Origin: Trichomonas gallinae | Lineage: Eukaryota | Direction: 5' to 3' | NCBI GenBank assembly: GCA_008369845.1 | Contig: MRSU01008419.1 | Span: 1 to 56,335 of the forward strand | DNA length: 56,335 bases | In this document: positions 20,127-30,460 of the stretch, in pieces | How positions within the stretch are numbered: position 1 is the first letter of the stretch | Layout of the letters: every line of letters begins with the position of its first letter | Program-made: the position numbers and the translations under genes | The notes under the pieces: model-generated | What the model was told of the DNA's origin: nothing | Databases searched by the model: none | What the model saw: only the letters and a program-made list of their open reading frames with translations

Positions 20127-23100
20127 ATGAGTGAAGAGATAGATGAAAATGAAATCGGTCAACAATCGTATACAATAGTTTTTAAGGATGAGACAATTAT
20201 TATTGACGACCCTTTAATGTTATCTCAAGTTTCTCCTTACTTTAAGATGCTTTACCAAAAAAATCCTTTAAAAGTTGTTATTGATGATACAAATCACTCC
20301 AATCACGTGTTTCATTTACTCTTGGACGGTTGTCATAACAAACTTACACACTTCTATTTCGATTATATTTTTGAATTATATTCAATGGCAAAAGATTGGA
20401 TGGTACAATCATTAATTTCACGATGTGAAAGTTATATTAAAACTCAAGGAATACAAGAGCAATCTGTCGAAGTTATTGTCGAAAATTTACAAAAAATAAA
20501 TCCGCGAAAAACAAGTGAAAATGATAGAATAGCAATCAAAAATGCTGCAGCAAGTTACGAGAAAATTCTTACTGATCCAAATCACTTAATTTACTTAGTC
20601 AATCCAAATATAATCATTCAAATCGTAAAATTAGCAGAAAATACAGATTACAATCAAGAATTATTTGCAATAATGGTATCTCAGCTCTACAATATGGATA
20701 AAGAAAAGGCAATTTTCCTATATAAAAATTATCAATGGAATTTATTATCAGATGAGCAAATGAAAGGTTATTTTTCTGGTTTCCAAGTAGCACAAGAGCC
20801 AAAGCAAACAAAATCATCAGAAAAAGCAAAACAAAATCATCATCACCATGTTAAATTACCAGCAACTGAGCAAATTTCAGTGACAACAGAACCAACAGCA
20901 TCAACATCGCGTTCCAAATCTAAAGAAGTCAAGAATATAACTAAAGCGAAAGTCTTACAAGCATTAAACATGCAAAAAACTGTAAAAGTTGTTCCTCCAC
21001 TCAACAAATCTAAAAATATTCAAGTGTTAAACAGGCCAATACACAGACGAACACAGTCATCTATGCCTATTCCATCTCCTACAACTGTTTCTTCTCTAAA
21101 AGCACAGCCATTATTAAATCCAAACGATGTTGATTATAGAAGAAAACTCGTCATGAGATTAAACGACGAGCAATTTTTCGACCAGATGATGGACAGGTGC
21201 AACACAATGACCTTAGACAAAGCATTCGAGCCTTTGGCTAAAGGATACTTTGAGGCATCAAGGGCTATTGTTTGGACATATGATTTCAAAGAGAAATTTT
21301 TCTTCTCGAGAGCGAAAAATCACAGAATCAACGCAAACACTCCATTATTTGAACAAATCAGTTCTCAGAAGTCTGTTTTAACATTACCTGACATAGGAGA
21401 TGAAGAACAAGCCAAGCAAATCTTCTCTGAACCAACTGATCATCAACTCTTTATTCCTCTTTATATAAACACTGGACTAACAATCGCTATTTTACAGGTG
21501 ACTCGCGAAGAAAGTTTGCCTCAATTTGCTCCTTCGGATGAAGAAAAGGCAGCCTTCTTCATGAGGAAGTTTGAAATATATGGAGGTGCTTTCTTCGGCC
21601 CTCCAATGAAATTAATGATGGCATCAAACATTGCGCAAATTTCATCACCAGTAAAAACAGTCGAAAACATCATCGAAACATTGCAAAGAGTCATTAAATC
21701 AAAGACAATCGAATTCTGGTATTACGACAACCGCGCCGATGAATACGCGAAGTTCATGAGCGAAAATAGCAATTTTACACTGTTGTATAGATGTTCTATT
21801 GGAATTGTTGCGAACTGTCTTAAAAAATGTCAGGACGTGAATTTGCCAAAATGTGGAAATCATCCAAACTACAACGAAAGAGCTGACGGAGACCCAATGA
21901 CTCCAATACTGGTGTCGACGATGCAGTTCGATGGAAGGACTTGGGCAATGGTAATGAGAGAGAGACTGGACTATGATTTCTTCACGCCTTATGATTCTCA
22001 ATTGACTTCATCTTTGATGCCTTTCATTATTCGCGCAATTGCTTTTTCAACTGGTTTCTCTGCTACTCCAACAAATAACGATAACAATAATGATATAATT
22101 ATCACTAGATTGCTTGATGCTGCTTCTGATGTTGCTTCAACATTAGATTTAAGAGATTTAATTGTGAGAATCGAAGAATGTTCAGCGAGTTTGTTAAATT
22201 GTCAGACAGCGAAATGCTTTATATCTGATACGCAAAAAGGAGAATTTCACTGCGATTTTGGTGATGACATAACTGAATACAGAGCTTTTCCTATAACAGA
22301 AGGTTTGGCTGGTTATATCTATAATTCAAGAATGACAGCAACAGTTGATGATCCATCTAAAAATGAATATTTCACGCATGATTTCGATGCAGGCAGATTG
22401 GAGACTGTTAATAATCTCATCGCATTTCCTGTTTCAGGACAAGGTGGAATTATTTTGGCTGTAATTATCGCTTTCAACAAGAAGAGTGCTTTTAATGATA
22501 CTGACATAACAACAGCACAATCATTCTCGAATATCTGTGGCGTTGCTTTGCAAAACGCAATAAATCATCACAGATCTATTTCTATAACTTCAATGCTTTC
22601 AGAAATGAACCAAGAAATAACTTTAGATGGTGGAGATCTAAAAATTGCTGATGTACAGCGTTTATTGGATGCAATGTCATCGAAAGCAATGAAATTCACA
22701 AGCTCGGCATCTTCAGCACTTTTCTTGGCAATGCCAGCAGTTTCTGGTTTAGATGTTTCATTATTCAAAGAAAGTGGAGGAGATGGAAACCAATTTTATG
22801 AGTTTGCACGCGAAGCAATCTCTAAAGAAGGATATTCGGTGCAAGTTAATGACCTGCCTGTAGATCCTGATGCTGCAATTGAAGACGTGAAAACATCATC
22901 GAGATCTTATGTTTCAACAAAAAGCACTGCAACAGCAAGATCAATAATTAAACCACTGAAGAATGTTGTGATAGGTTCTCCTATTTTCGATGAAGATAAA
23001 CCAGTCGGAATTTTCATTTTCTCAGCTTTGTCAGCTGCGACAACCGAAGAGATTCAAATGATCAAAACTTTCTTCGCGATTTCTCTTTCAACATTTGGCC

Positions 23101-24605
23101 CTCAGCAAGTTAAGTCTCTCTCAAAGATGTGGGATAAGAAGATGCACTTAAGGAGATACATCAAAGATGAAGATGATTCTCCTGCTGTTCCTCAGAGCTT
23201 GTTGATATCGGTCAAAGAAATCGATTACGCGGCAACTGATACAATTGATGACGCGTTTAAGATTGTCGTGTCAGGTTTCTATCACCTAGGATTGATTTCC
23301 CAATATCAGATTCCTGTTTCTAGATTAATAATGTTAGTCTTAGAAGTCTCAACTCGTTATCCAGAAGGTTTCAGGAGTTTCAGACATGCATTGGACACTT
23401 TCAAATATGTTGTAAGAGCTTTGAAACTCGAAGAATTCGCTGCTGTTCCTAAACAAAAATCGCTTTCGATGCTTCTCGCTACCTTGGCTTGCGAACTCGA
23501 CAGACCTGATTTTGAGGCATTAGGTGATATTGCTCTTGAAGCACTCGCTGAATGCAGCGGAATCTGTGTGGATTCAGGCTGCAACTCATTGACAGAAATA
23601 ATGAGAGCAGAAGAATGCAACATCGTCCAAAACATTGAAGACGATGAACTCAAAACTGTGTGGAAAGATTGTTTCAGATTTGCTCATGCAACAGACATGT
23701 CCAGGCACTTTGAGATGATGGATGCCTTGGCTGCAGCTGTTGAGGAAGAAGATGGATTCGATATTACAAAAGAGAATCATATGATGGCAATGTTGGATGC
23801 TTTAATGAAATGCGCAGATCTTCATGATGTTATTTTACCACTTGAAGAAATGGAAAAGAAGAAGCACGAATTTGCTGCCGATTTCTTCATGTTCGGTGAA
23901 ATATTAAGATGCAAAGGCATGGTTTTCAACGGTGATGCATCAAGAGCAACAATTAACAAAGAAGAGTCAAACATCGGATTCTTCACTTACATTTGCCTTC
24001 CTCTTTTCGCTGCTGTTGGACGAGCAATTGCTGGAATTGAGCCAGACGTCGATAATCTTCTTGCTGCAATTGCACACTTCAGAGAACAAATTGAACTTGC
24101 TGCTGAACAGAAAGAGAAAGCAGCAAACGAAGTCCAAAACAAAGAATATACTAAACCGGAACAAAAACCAGAAGAATCTCAAAACAAAGAAAATAATCAA
24201 GAAGAAAACAAAGAAAATGAACAGAAACCAACTGATGAAGAAGCTAAAGAAAAATCTGAAGAAAAACAAGAATCTGATAAAGATACCGAAAATAAAGAAG
24301 AAAATGATCAAAATGATCAGCAGGAAGATAAAAAAGGAAATGGTGATGAAAATAAAGAAGAGAATAATGAAAAACCAAATGATGAACAAAGTAAAGAAAA
24401 TCAAAAAGCAGAAAAGAAAGAAAATGATGATAAGGATGAAAAACAAAAAGAAGAACAGAAAGATAAACAAGAAAGTGAGCAAATTCAGAAGGTTGGAAGT
24501 AAAGTTAATTTCAAGAAAGAGAGTAGTGAAGAACAGATGGAGTTGAAGAAGGTTGCAACAAAAGGCAACTTCGCTAACACTTCTTATGAAGCATTTATTG
24601 AATAA
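20127..24605 (+). CDS. GAF-domain cyclic nucleotide phosphodiesterase-like protein (degenerate catalytic domain), with a BTB-like N-terminus
   Basis: GAF motifs (GLAGYIYNSR...DPSKNEYFTHDFD...AFNKKSAFNDTD), PDEase-like motifs (RHALD, ATDMSRHF, MKCADL, GFFTYICLPLF) and an E/K/N-rich tail. Confidence 0.8.
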   Translation: MSEEIDENEIGQQSYTIVFKDETIIIDDPLMLSQVSPYFKMLYQKNPLKVVIDDTNHSNHVFHLLLDGCHNKLTHFYFDYIFELYSMAKDWMVQSLISRCESYIKTQGIQEQSVEVIVENLQKINPRKTSENDRIAIKNAAASYEKILTDPNHLIYLVNPNIIIQIVKLAENTDYNQELFAIMVSQLYNMDKEKAIFLYKNYQWNLLSDEQMKGYFSGFQVAQEPKQTKSSEKAKQNHHHHVKLPATEQISVTTEPTASTSRSKSKEVKNITKAKVLQALNMQKTVKVVPPLNKSKNIQVLNRPIHRRTQSSMPIPSPTTVSSLKAQPLLNPNDVDYRRKLVMRLNDEQFFDQMMDRCNTMTLDKAFEPLAKGYFEASRAIVWTYDFKEKFFFSRAKNHRINANTPLFEQISSQKSVLTLPDIGDEEQAKQIFSEPTDHQLFIPLYINTGLTIAILQVTREESLPQFAPSDEEKAAFFMRKFEIYGGAFFGPPMKLMMASNIAQISSPVKTVENIIETLQRVIKSKTIEFWYYDNRADEYAKFMSENSNFTLLYRCSIGIVANCLKKCQDVNLPKCGNHPNYNERADGDPMTPILVSTMQFDGRTWAMVMRERLDYDFFTPYDSQLTSSLMPFIIRAIAFSTGFSATPTNNDNNNDIIITRLLDAASDVASTLDLRDLIVRIEECSASLLNCQTAKCFISDTQKGEFHCDFGDDITEYRAFPITEGLAGYIYNSRMTATVDDPSKNEYFTHDFDAGRLETVNNLIAFPVSGQGGIILAVIIAFNKKSAFNDTDITTAQSFSNICGVALQNAINHHRSISITSMLSEMNQEITLDGGDLKIADVQRLLDAMSSKAMKFTSSASSALFLAMPAVSGLDVSLFKESGGDGNQFYEFAREAISKEGYSVQVNDLPVDPDAAIEDVKTSSRSYVSTKSTATARSIIKPLKNVVIGSPIFDEDKPVGIFIFSALSAATTEEIQMIKTFFAISLSTFGPQQVKSLSKMWDKKMHLRRYIKDEDDSPAVPQSLLISVKEIDYAATDTIDDAFKIVVSGFYHLGLISQYQIPVSRLIMLVLEVSTRYPEGFRSFRHALDTFKYVVRALKLEEFAAVPKQKSLSMLLATLACELDRPDFEALGDIALEALAECSGICVDSGCNSLTEIMRAEECNIVQNIEDDELKTVWKDCFRFAHATDMSRHFEMMDALAAAVEEEDGFDITKENHMMAMLDALMKCADLHDVILPLEEMEKKKHEFAADFFMFGEILRCKGMVFNGDASRATINKEESNIGFFTYICLPLFAAVGRAIAGIEPDVDNLLAAIAHFREQIELAAEQKEKAANEVQNKEYTKPEQKPEESQNKENNQEENKENEQKPTDEEAKEKSEEKQESDKDTENKEENDQNDQQEDKKGNGDENKEENNEKPNDEQSKENQKAEKKENDDKDEKQKEEQKDKQESEQIQKVGSKVNFKKESSEEQMELKKVATKGNFANTSYEAFIE

Positions 24606-24688
24606 ATATGTTTGTATTTTGGTAAAATAATATAAATTTTTATTATAACATACAACATAATAAATAAAACAATAAAAAAGAAAATAAA

Positions 24689-27472
24689 TCACTTCTTTCT
24701 CAAGTAATAAGGAGGAGTGGTTCTAAGTGCATCAAAATTGGCATCGAATGAGAATTTTGCTTCTAAAATCTCCCAAATATCATATTCTTCCTCTTCCTCT
24801 TCAAATCCTTGGTTCATGTTCGGGAAATCCCAGTTAAACTCCAAAGCAGGAGGCTTAGATCCAGAGCTCTTCTTCCTCCTCCTTCTTCTGTGCTTCTTCT
24901 CCGGCTGTGGATCAGCAAAGCTAACAATTGGCCCGTCCATCATAATCGTCTGCATCGGAACATCAGGATCCAATGATTCGTCTTTTATATCTTCTTTAAA
25001 TTCGACTTTGTTTTGCTCTGGTTTAAGGAACAATGGCATCTCATCATTATCTGATGCAATATTCGTATTAAATATCGCTATCCTTTGCCTCTGCCTCGGT
25101 GATTTTCTGTGAGATCTAGGATTATATCCTTCGATATCAGTTTTTTGGTGCTCGACAGCAACTTCACCTAATGTCATTGGATCCCCAACAGTTGCTGCGC
25201 CTGATCTTCCGTCAAACTCGTCGTTTGTCAGGCTGTTGTTGTCTGTCGCGCTCGTGCACAATGACTCCGGCTCTGGCTCAGGAGGAACGTCAACTGTATT
25301 CGAAGCAAGTTGAACAACTTCGTTCGCAAAGTGAGGCGAAGGATTATGTGTTGACTTTTGCAAAATTACGTCAACCTTGCTCTCAGGACTCTTTATCCGT
25401 GGATGCGAATGGTGACGTTTGGACCTGCTGGCCATTTCTGGATCCAATGTTTTGGCTTCTGCGAAACTGCCAAGCTCAAACAATCTTTTTTCGCGGACGG
25501 GAGATTTCGGTGTATCAGATTTTTTGTCATTTTCTATTTTCGGTTTTTCTGACTCGCTTTGCTGGTCTGGTACTATATATATTGGAAAAGATGGACACTC
25601 TTCCTCGTGGAAGACGTTGAGCATCTCTGATGATGATTTCGAGAGATTCATGATTAACATGAATTCTTTTATGTCTTCTCTTGCGATTTTGCCTGAATTC
25701 ACTAAATGTTCGGAATCATTGAACGGAAAACTGACAAAAACTTTGGATTCTGAAGCTGTTTCGAGAAAATCTTTAAATTTGTTTGCATTTGTTGGTTTTG
25801 TGCCATCAACGACTAAAACTCTGAGATTTTTGGCCTTTTCGAGTAGAACTTGATATTGGACGAGTGAATCTTCGCCTCCTGCGTTGTCTGAAAGATCTAA
25901 ATAATCTATTTTTGTTTCTATTGCTGCTTCCACAAAATTCTTCAGGAAATTAGCAATAGACTTCGACTTGTAGCCTCTGAGTGAAAGAGAAGTGAGATTT
26001 TTCATGATTTCAAGACTTTCAAGAAAATTGTGGAAAATTCCGTAGTTTGAGGCCTCAAAGCACCCATTTATGCTTAGATATGAAATATTCTCGTTGTGCT
26101 CAAGGAATTCAATGAAGGGATGAACAATAGGATTATTATCCCAAATAAGCGAAGAAAGCTTAGTGTAAGGTATAGATCCAAGGAAATCAAAGACGTTCGT
26201 CCAGCAGTCATAGTCCATCTTCGCATTTGCAATTGACAATTTCAAACCATTTCTGTAAGAACTGAAAATTAAATCTAAAAATGTTACAAATGAGTCAGAA
26301 TCCCATTTTATCTCATTCATTGAGAATGATTCGATCGACTGTGGAAGTTTTACTGTTGCTAAACCAATAGAAGAGGAACATTCGTTTTTTGATAAGTTTA
26401 ATGCGACTAAATTTGGAAATCTGTATTTGGAAATTGTTATTAGTGACTTAACAATGTCTAATTCGCAGTTTTCTAGCGATAAATACTGAATTGATAAAAT
26501 ATTTGGTAAAATCAGCGATAATGATATGTTTGTTGAACGATTTAGATTTAAGTATATCAAGTTGTCGCCGATTTCACTATTTAGAAATGAATTATAGAAG
26601 TGTTTCATAGATCTCGAATTTATTGCTTTGTTAAACGTAAGAGATCGAATTTTCTTTCTTGTAATCAATTCTTTTAGTCTGTCTAGATGCGTTTCGTAGA
26701 AGTTGCTATTCGAAAAACCAAGTCCATACAATGGAATTGTTCGATTATGCTTCAAAGATGAAACAAATCTGTTAAAAGTGCCAGAAACTTCACCATCAAC
26801 GCTTATATATTCAACACTGCAGCGCTCTTTAGCAAAAGATTTAGCTATTTCAAAAGTATCGATATTATTTGATTTTTGGACCTCAATGCTAATTAGGTTT
26901 GGATAAAGAGGTAAAGCGTCCGAAATCAGGCCGTAAATGTCTTCCTGTAGTGAAATATCCTGGATTTTAACAGATGTTTGCGAAGTATAAAAAATATTTT
27001 CGAAATTGTTGAAACTTTTCTCGTCAATGTTGATTTTTCGGTTGTTTATGAAGGATTTCGCGCGCTGTAGGGCTGAATTCGCAGAGGGTTTGAAAATTCG
27101 ATCTTTATATGGCGAAAAATTGAGTTTTTTGAGTTCTGTGTATTTTAAAATTTGCTGTATGGACTCAGATATTTGTTGCATGACCAGATAAATCTCGTTT
27201 GAGAGCCAGAAATATCTTTCTTGATCAAACTGCAACTGGACGGTTTTCTCTTCATACGATAAGTGGTTTAGCTGTATCCATGAGTGTCTCTTCATGAATT
27301 TAAATGGGTCAGCGCTAAAAATCAAGATATTCGTTTTCGAAATAACAATAACGTTTTTTTCAGAGCTTCTCACATTGTGAGATTCGTCAACTACCTTCAT
27401 TATGCCGATGTAGAGAGGCTTTATGCCCCTTTCCCTTGCAGCATTCTCTGCAAGGGAAATTACATCACTCAT
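24689..27472 (-). CDS. Leucine-rich repeat protein (RNI-like; CARMIL-like PH+LRR architecture)
   Basis: LRR units (LIYLNLNRS, IQYLSLENCEL, LVALNLSKN, IDYLDLSDN), a beta-rich N-terminus and a disordered C-terminus. Confidence 0.7.
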   Translation of the reverse strand: MSDVISLAENAARERGIKPLYIGIMKVVDESHNVRSSEKNVIVISKTNILIFSADPFKFMKRHSWIQLNHLSYEEKTVQLQFDQERYFWLSNEIYLVMQQISESIQQILKYTELKKLNFSPYKDRIFKPSANSALQRAKSFINNRKINIDEKSFNNFENIFYTSQTSVKIQDISLQEDIYGLISDALPLYPNLISIEVQKSNNIDTFEIAKSFAKERCSVEYISVDGEVSGTFNRFVSSLKHNRTIPLYGLGFSNSNFYETHLDRLKELITRKKIRSLTFNKAINSRSMKHFYNSFLNSEIGDNLIYLNLNRSTNISLSLILPNILSIQYLSLENCELDIVKSLITISKYRFPNLVALNLSKNECSSSIGLATVKLPQSIESFSMNEIKWDSDSFVTFLDLIFSSYRNGLKLSIANAKMDYDCWTNVFDFLGSIPYTKLSSLIWDNNPIVHPFIEFLEHNENISYLSINGCFEASNYGIFHNFLESLEIMKNLTSLSLRGYKSKSIANFLKNFVEAAIETKIDYLDLSDNAGGEDSLVQYQVLLEKAKNLRVLVVDGTKPTNANKFKDFLETASESKVFVSFPFNDSEHLVNSGKIAREDIKEFMLIMNLSKSSSEMLNVFHEEECPSFPIYIVPDQQSESEKPKIENDKKSDTPKSPVREKRLFELGSFAEAKTLDPEMASRSKRHHSHPRIKSPESKVDVILQKSTHNPSPHFANEVVQLASNTVDVPPEPEPESLCTSATDNNSLTNDEFDGRSGAATVGDPMTLGEVAVEHQKTDIEGYNPRSHRKSPRQRQRIAIFNTNIASDNDEMPLFLKPEQNKVEFKEDIKDESLDPDVPMQTIMMDGPIVSFADPQPEKKHRRRRRKKSSGSKPPALEFNWDFPNMNQGFEEEEEEYDIWEILEAKFSFDANFDALRTTPPYYLRKK

Positions 27473-27573
27473 AATTTTTTTATAAACTGCCTCTCAAATT
27501 TTTTATTTTAGAATATAACATATTATATAGTAATGGACTAAAATCAAAATTCAAAGAAAACACTCAATTTATA

Positions 27574-27610
27574 AAAGTGACAAAATGTAAAAAGTTTATA
27601 TAAAAGTGAC
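27574..27610 (+). promoter_or_regulatory. Tandem AAAGTGAC (Trichomonas motif-2-like) elements
   Basis: AAAGTGAC at 27574 and 27603. The same word or its complement also occurs at 11858, 11953, 12040, 35386 and 53188, all in 5' flanks. Confidence 0.55.
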
Positions 27611-27734
27611 AATAAAAAAGTGATAGTTTTTAATTTTCATTTTCCAAAATAATGATAAGGATGTCATAACTTTTATCACATATTGCTTTTAAGCATCTCT
27701 GTGGGTGAAAACATGGATATCTATGATGTAAATA

Positions 27735-27835
27735 TACAACTGGACAGCTTTGATTTTTGCTTCATCATGTAGTTATCAAGAAATTGTCAAACACTATCTC
27801 AAAGTTCCTGGAAAAGATGCCAATGCAAAAATATA
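27735..27835 (+). pseudogene. Ankyrin-repeat gene fragment
   Basis: Translates as YNWTALIFASSCSYQEIVKHYLKVPGKDANAK, a single ankyrin repeat without start or context. Shares ACAGCTTTGAT and CTCAAAGTTCCTGGAA with the 49.0-49.4 kb relic. Confidence 0.7.
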
Positions 27836-28167
27836 TATAATACATGAATATTATGGTTTAATTCTCTGTTTATATGAATTGTGCTCAAAAAAAAAAACTG
27901 TTAATTTACAGTACATGATAAAGATTTATTAAAACAAACCGAGCATTATATATACGGCGGGCTCACATCTTAAGCTATTAATAATAATACTTATAAGAAT
28001 CTGAAGCACATTTGAAAATCAGAAAAAAATCCTTTTGTGAAATTTTTCGGGTCCAAAAAGAATCGATTTTTGATGTTGATAGCTGTGTATCTGCTTGTGA
28101 GGAAGGCTTCTGAGGGATGCAAAATGGGTTTAAATCGTTATTCCGTGTCTATGAAACATTATGAGTT

Positions 28168-29463
28168 CTATGATTCTTTTTGTTCCGCAGTGGCATGTTT
28201 GAGTCTTTTGATAATTGGTTTGAATTCGCTTTGTAGAGCGTAAGCCATTGCATCATTTCCTCTGTCATCAACTACATCTGAATCTGCTCCTTTTTCCAAA
28301 AGCAAGTCAACTATTTGTTCGTTCTTTGCAATGACAGCAAACATCAATGCTGTCTGATTAATTGAGTTCTTAATGTTTATATCTGGATTGTATTTCAAAA
28401 TTAACTCGACAGCTTCAAAACTATTGACACTGCAGGCAAGCATCAGCAAGCTCAGGTCATGATGGCTGGAAATGTTTGGATCAGCGCCAGTGTCGAGTAA
28501 TTTCTTCAAAATGTCAAGCCTGTAGTTATATATGCACATTATAACTAACGGATTTTGTTTCGGTAAAATTCTGTTTAAATTTGGCTTCTTTTCTAGAATA
28601 TAATCAATAATTGGAACAAATCCCAAGTCTACAGCAGCGTGTAAAGCTGTGGATCCCTTAAGATCAACGTATTCGACGTCATTAACTTCGCAAAACTTAT
28701 GGAAAAAACAGAACAAATTATATGATTCTAAACACTCTGAATACGAAAAATTAAAATCATACTTCGAGAGAATATAAAACAAGCTCTCATTCCTGTGCCA
28801 TCTCACGCAGTTTAGCAGGCAATTCTTTGTTGCTGGATAAAGTTGCTCGCATAAATTAATTATTTCGAAATTGTTGCCAATAAATGCTTTCTCAAGCGTG
28901 TGGACACTTAATCTGACTTTGTTTACATATAAATACTTGAAGCAATGCACTGCACCGTATTTTGCAGCCATATCAATTAATTTTTCGAAAGAAACCATGC
29001 TATTGAAATCAAAGTCAACGCCAGATGATAGCTCACGTAATTCATCTACGTTATCCCAGAATAATGCGTGTGCTATTGAATTAATTGGATATAATTCGTA
29101 TAATTCTTCTTCTGATTTATTTGCAAACCCATCTACAATGGATCCATGTAATATTCCCTTATTTATAAGTATTGATCGTAATTCATAGCACGAAAACGTA
29201 ATATCTCTCGATAATTTGAGATCTTCGAAAATTTTTTTGCATAATTGCACAAAAATCTTTAGCATATGGAGTCTATGACTTGCAATTTTATTGATCATCG
29301 ATATTATGTCGTTCTGCTGAAAATTATGAATTTTGATACCTAAATTTATCAACGTAACAATATCATTTATACTTTCTTCTTTTATATTCCATATGTTTTC
29401 CGTCACATTTACATAGTATTGGAGCTTCTCCGGCAGACTTAAGACAAATGATCCATCCAACAT
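28168..29463 (-). CDS. DUF3447-type ankyrin repeat protein
   Basis: LIDMAAKYGAVHCFKYL (DUF3447-like) followed by ankyrin repeats (GSTALHAAV, QTALMFAV). ATG at 29463 follows a TCATT initiator. Confidence 0.85.
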   Translation of the reverse strand: MLDGSFVLSLPEKLQYYVNVTENIWNIKEESINDIVTLINLGIKIHNFQQNDIISMINKIASHRLHMLKIFVQLCKKIFEDLKLSRDITFSCYELRSILINKGILHGSIVDGFANKSEEELYELYPINSIAHALFWDNVDELRELSSGVDFDFNSMVSFEKLIDMAAKYGAVHCFKYLYVNKVRLSVHTLEKAFIGNNFEIINLCEQLYPATKNCLLNCVRWHRNESLFYILSKYDFNFSYSECLESYNLFCFFHKFCEVNDVEYVDLKGSTALHAAVDLGFVPIIDYILEKKPNLNRILPKQNPLVIMCIYNYRLDILKKLLDTGADPNISSHHDLSLLMLACSVNSFEAVELILKYNPDINIKNSINQTALMFAVIAKNEQIVDLLLEKGADSDVVDDRGNDAMAYALQSEFKPIIKRLKHATAEQKES

Positions 29464-29557
29464 CAACTCCAAATGACCTAAAAATTAGATATTATAAAAA
29501 TATAGACGAAAATATGTAATATTCATCATATAATTTTTGTTTAAAAATCATTTTTTG

Positions 29558-30295
29558 ATGAGGAGAATATTCGTAACTGGCGCGGCTCAAGGCATAGGTG
29601 CCAGTATCGTCAAAGAGTTCGTAAAATCAGGCGATAAAGTTGCATTCTGTGACATACAAGATGAAAAAGGAGCAGAATTAGCGAAATCTTTAGGTGAAAA
29701 CTGCGTTTTCTATAAATGCGACGTTACTGATGCTGCAGCACTGCAGAACATCTTAAATGCTATCTTCGAGGCGTGGGGAGACATTGATGTTATCGTTAAT
29801 AATGTTGGATATTGCACATTTGTTCCAATTATTGAGCAAACTATCGAGCAATTCGATAAGCAGCTTGCCACTAACCTTAGACCAGTCTATATCACATCGA
29901 GAGCACTCGCAATTCATCGTAGTAAGCAAGTAGAAAAGAATCCTTATGGAAGAATCATCAATATTTGCTCAACACGCTTCAAACAGTCAGAGCCTGGAAC
30001 AGAAGGCTATGCTGCTTCCAAAGGTGGTGTTTTCTCAATCACTCATTCATTAGCAATGTCACTTTCTGAATATAATATAACTGTGAATTCAATTGCACCA
30101 GGATGGATACAAAACACAGACTATGACAATCTAACAGAAGCAGATCACCTTCAGCATCCGTCAAAAAGAGTTGGGCATCCAGAAGATATCGCAAGAATGG
30201 TTTTATTCATTTGTCAGAAGGAGAATGATTTCATAAATGCAGAAAACATCGTGATTGACGGTGGAATGACAAAGAAAATGATTTATGTTGAATAA
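29558..30295 (+). CDS. Short-chain dehydrogenase/reductase, bacterial type
   Basis: TGAAQGIG, NNVG, YAASK, VNSIAPGWI and IDGGMTKKMIY motifs. ATG at 29558 follows a TCATTTTTT initiator. Confidence 0.93.
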   Translation: MRRIFVTGAAQGIGASIVKEFVKSGDKVAFCDIQDEKGAELAKSLGENCVFYKCDVTDAAALQNILNAIFEAWGDIDVIVNNVGYCTFVPIIEQTIEQFDKQLATNLRPVYITSRALAIHRSKQVEKNPYGRIINICSTRFKQSEPGTEGYAASKGGVFSITHSLAMSLSEYNITVNSIAPGWIQNTDYDNLTEADHLQHPSKRVGHPEDIARMVLFICQKENDFINAENIVIDGGMTKKMIYVE

Positions 30296-30460
30296 TTTAT
30301 TAATCAAGTAAAAAAATAGCCAGTTAGTAAGTAATATTTTCATTATTATCTAAATATTCATAATATTCTATAATTTTGGGATATGTTATAATATGCGTGA
30401 TTATTTGAAGAAAAAATGATCTGAATAAAACTAAAAGCATATATTTACAAACAAACATGA

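Noticed and set aside
23967..24692. 241-aa Phe/Ile/Leu-rich antisense ORF (and similar ORFs at 14.5-15.5 kb)
   Set aside because: Mirror image of GAA/AAA-rich low-complexity coding sequence on the other strand.
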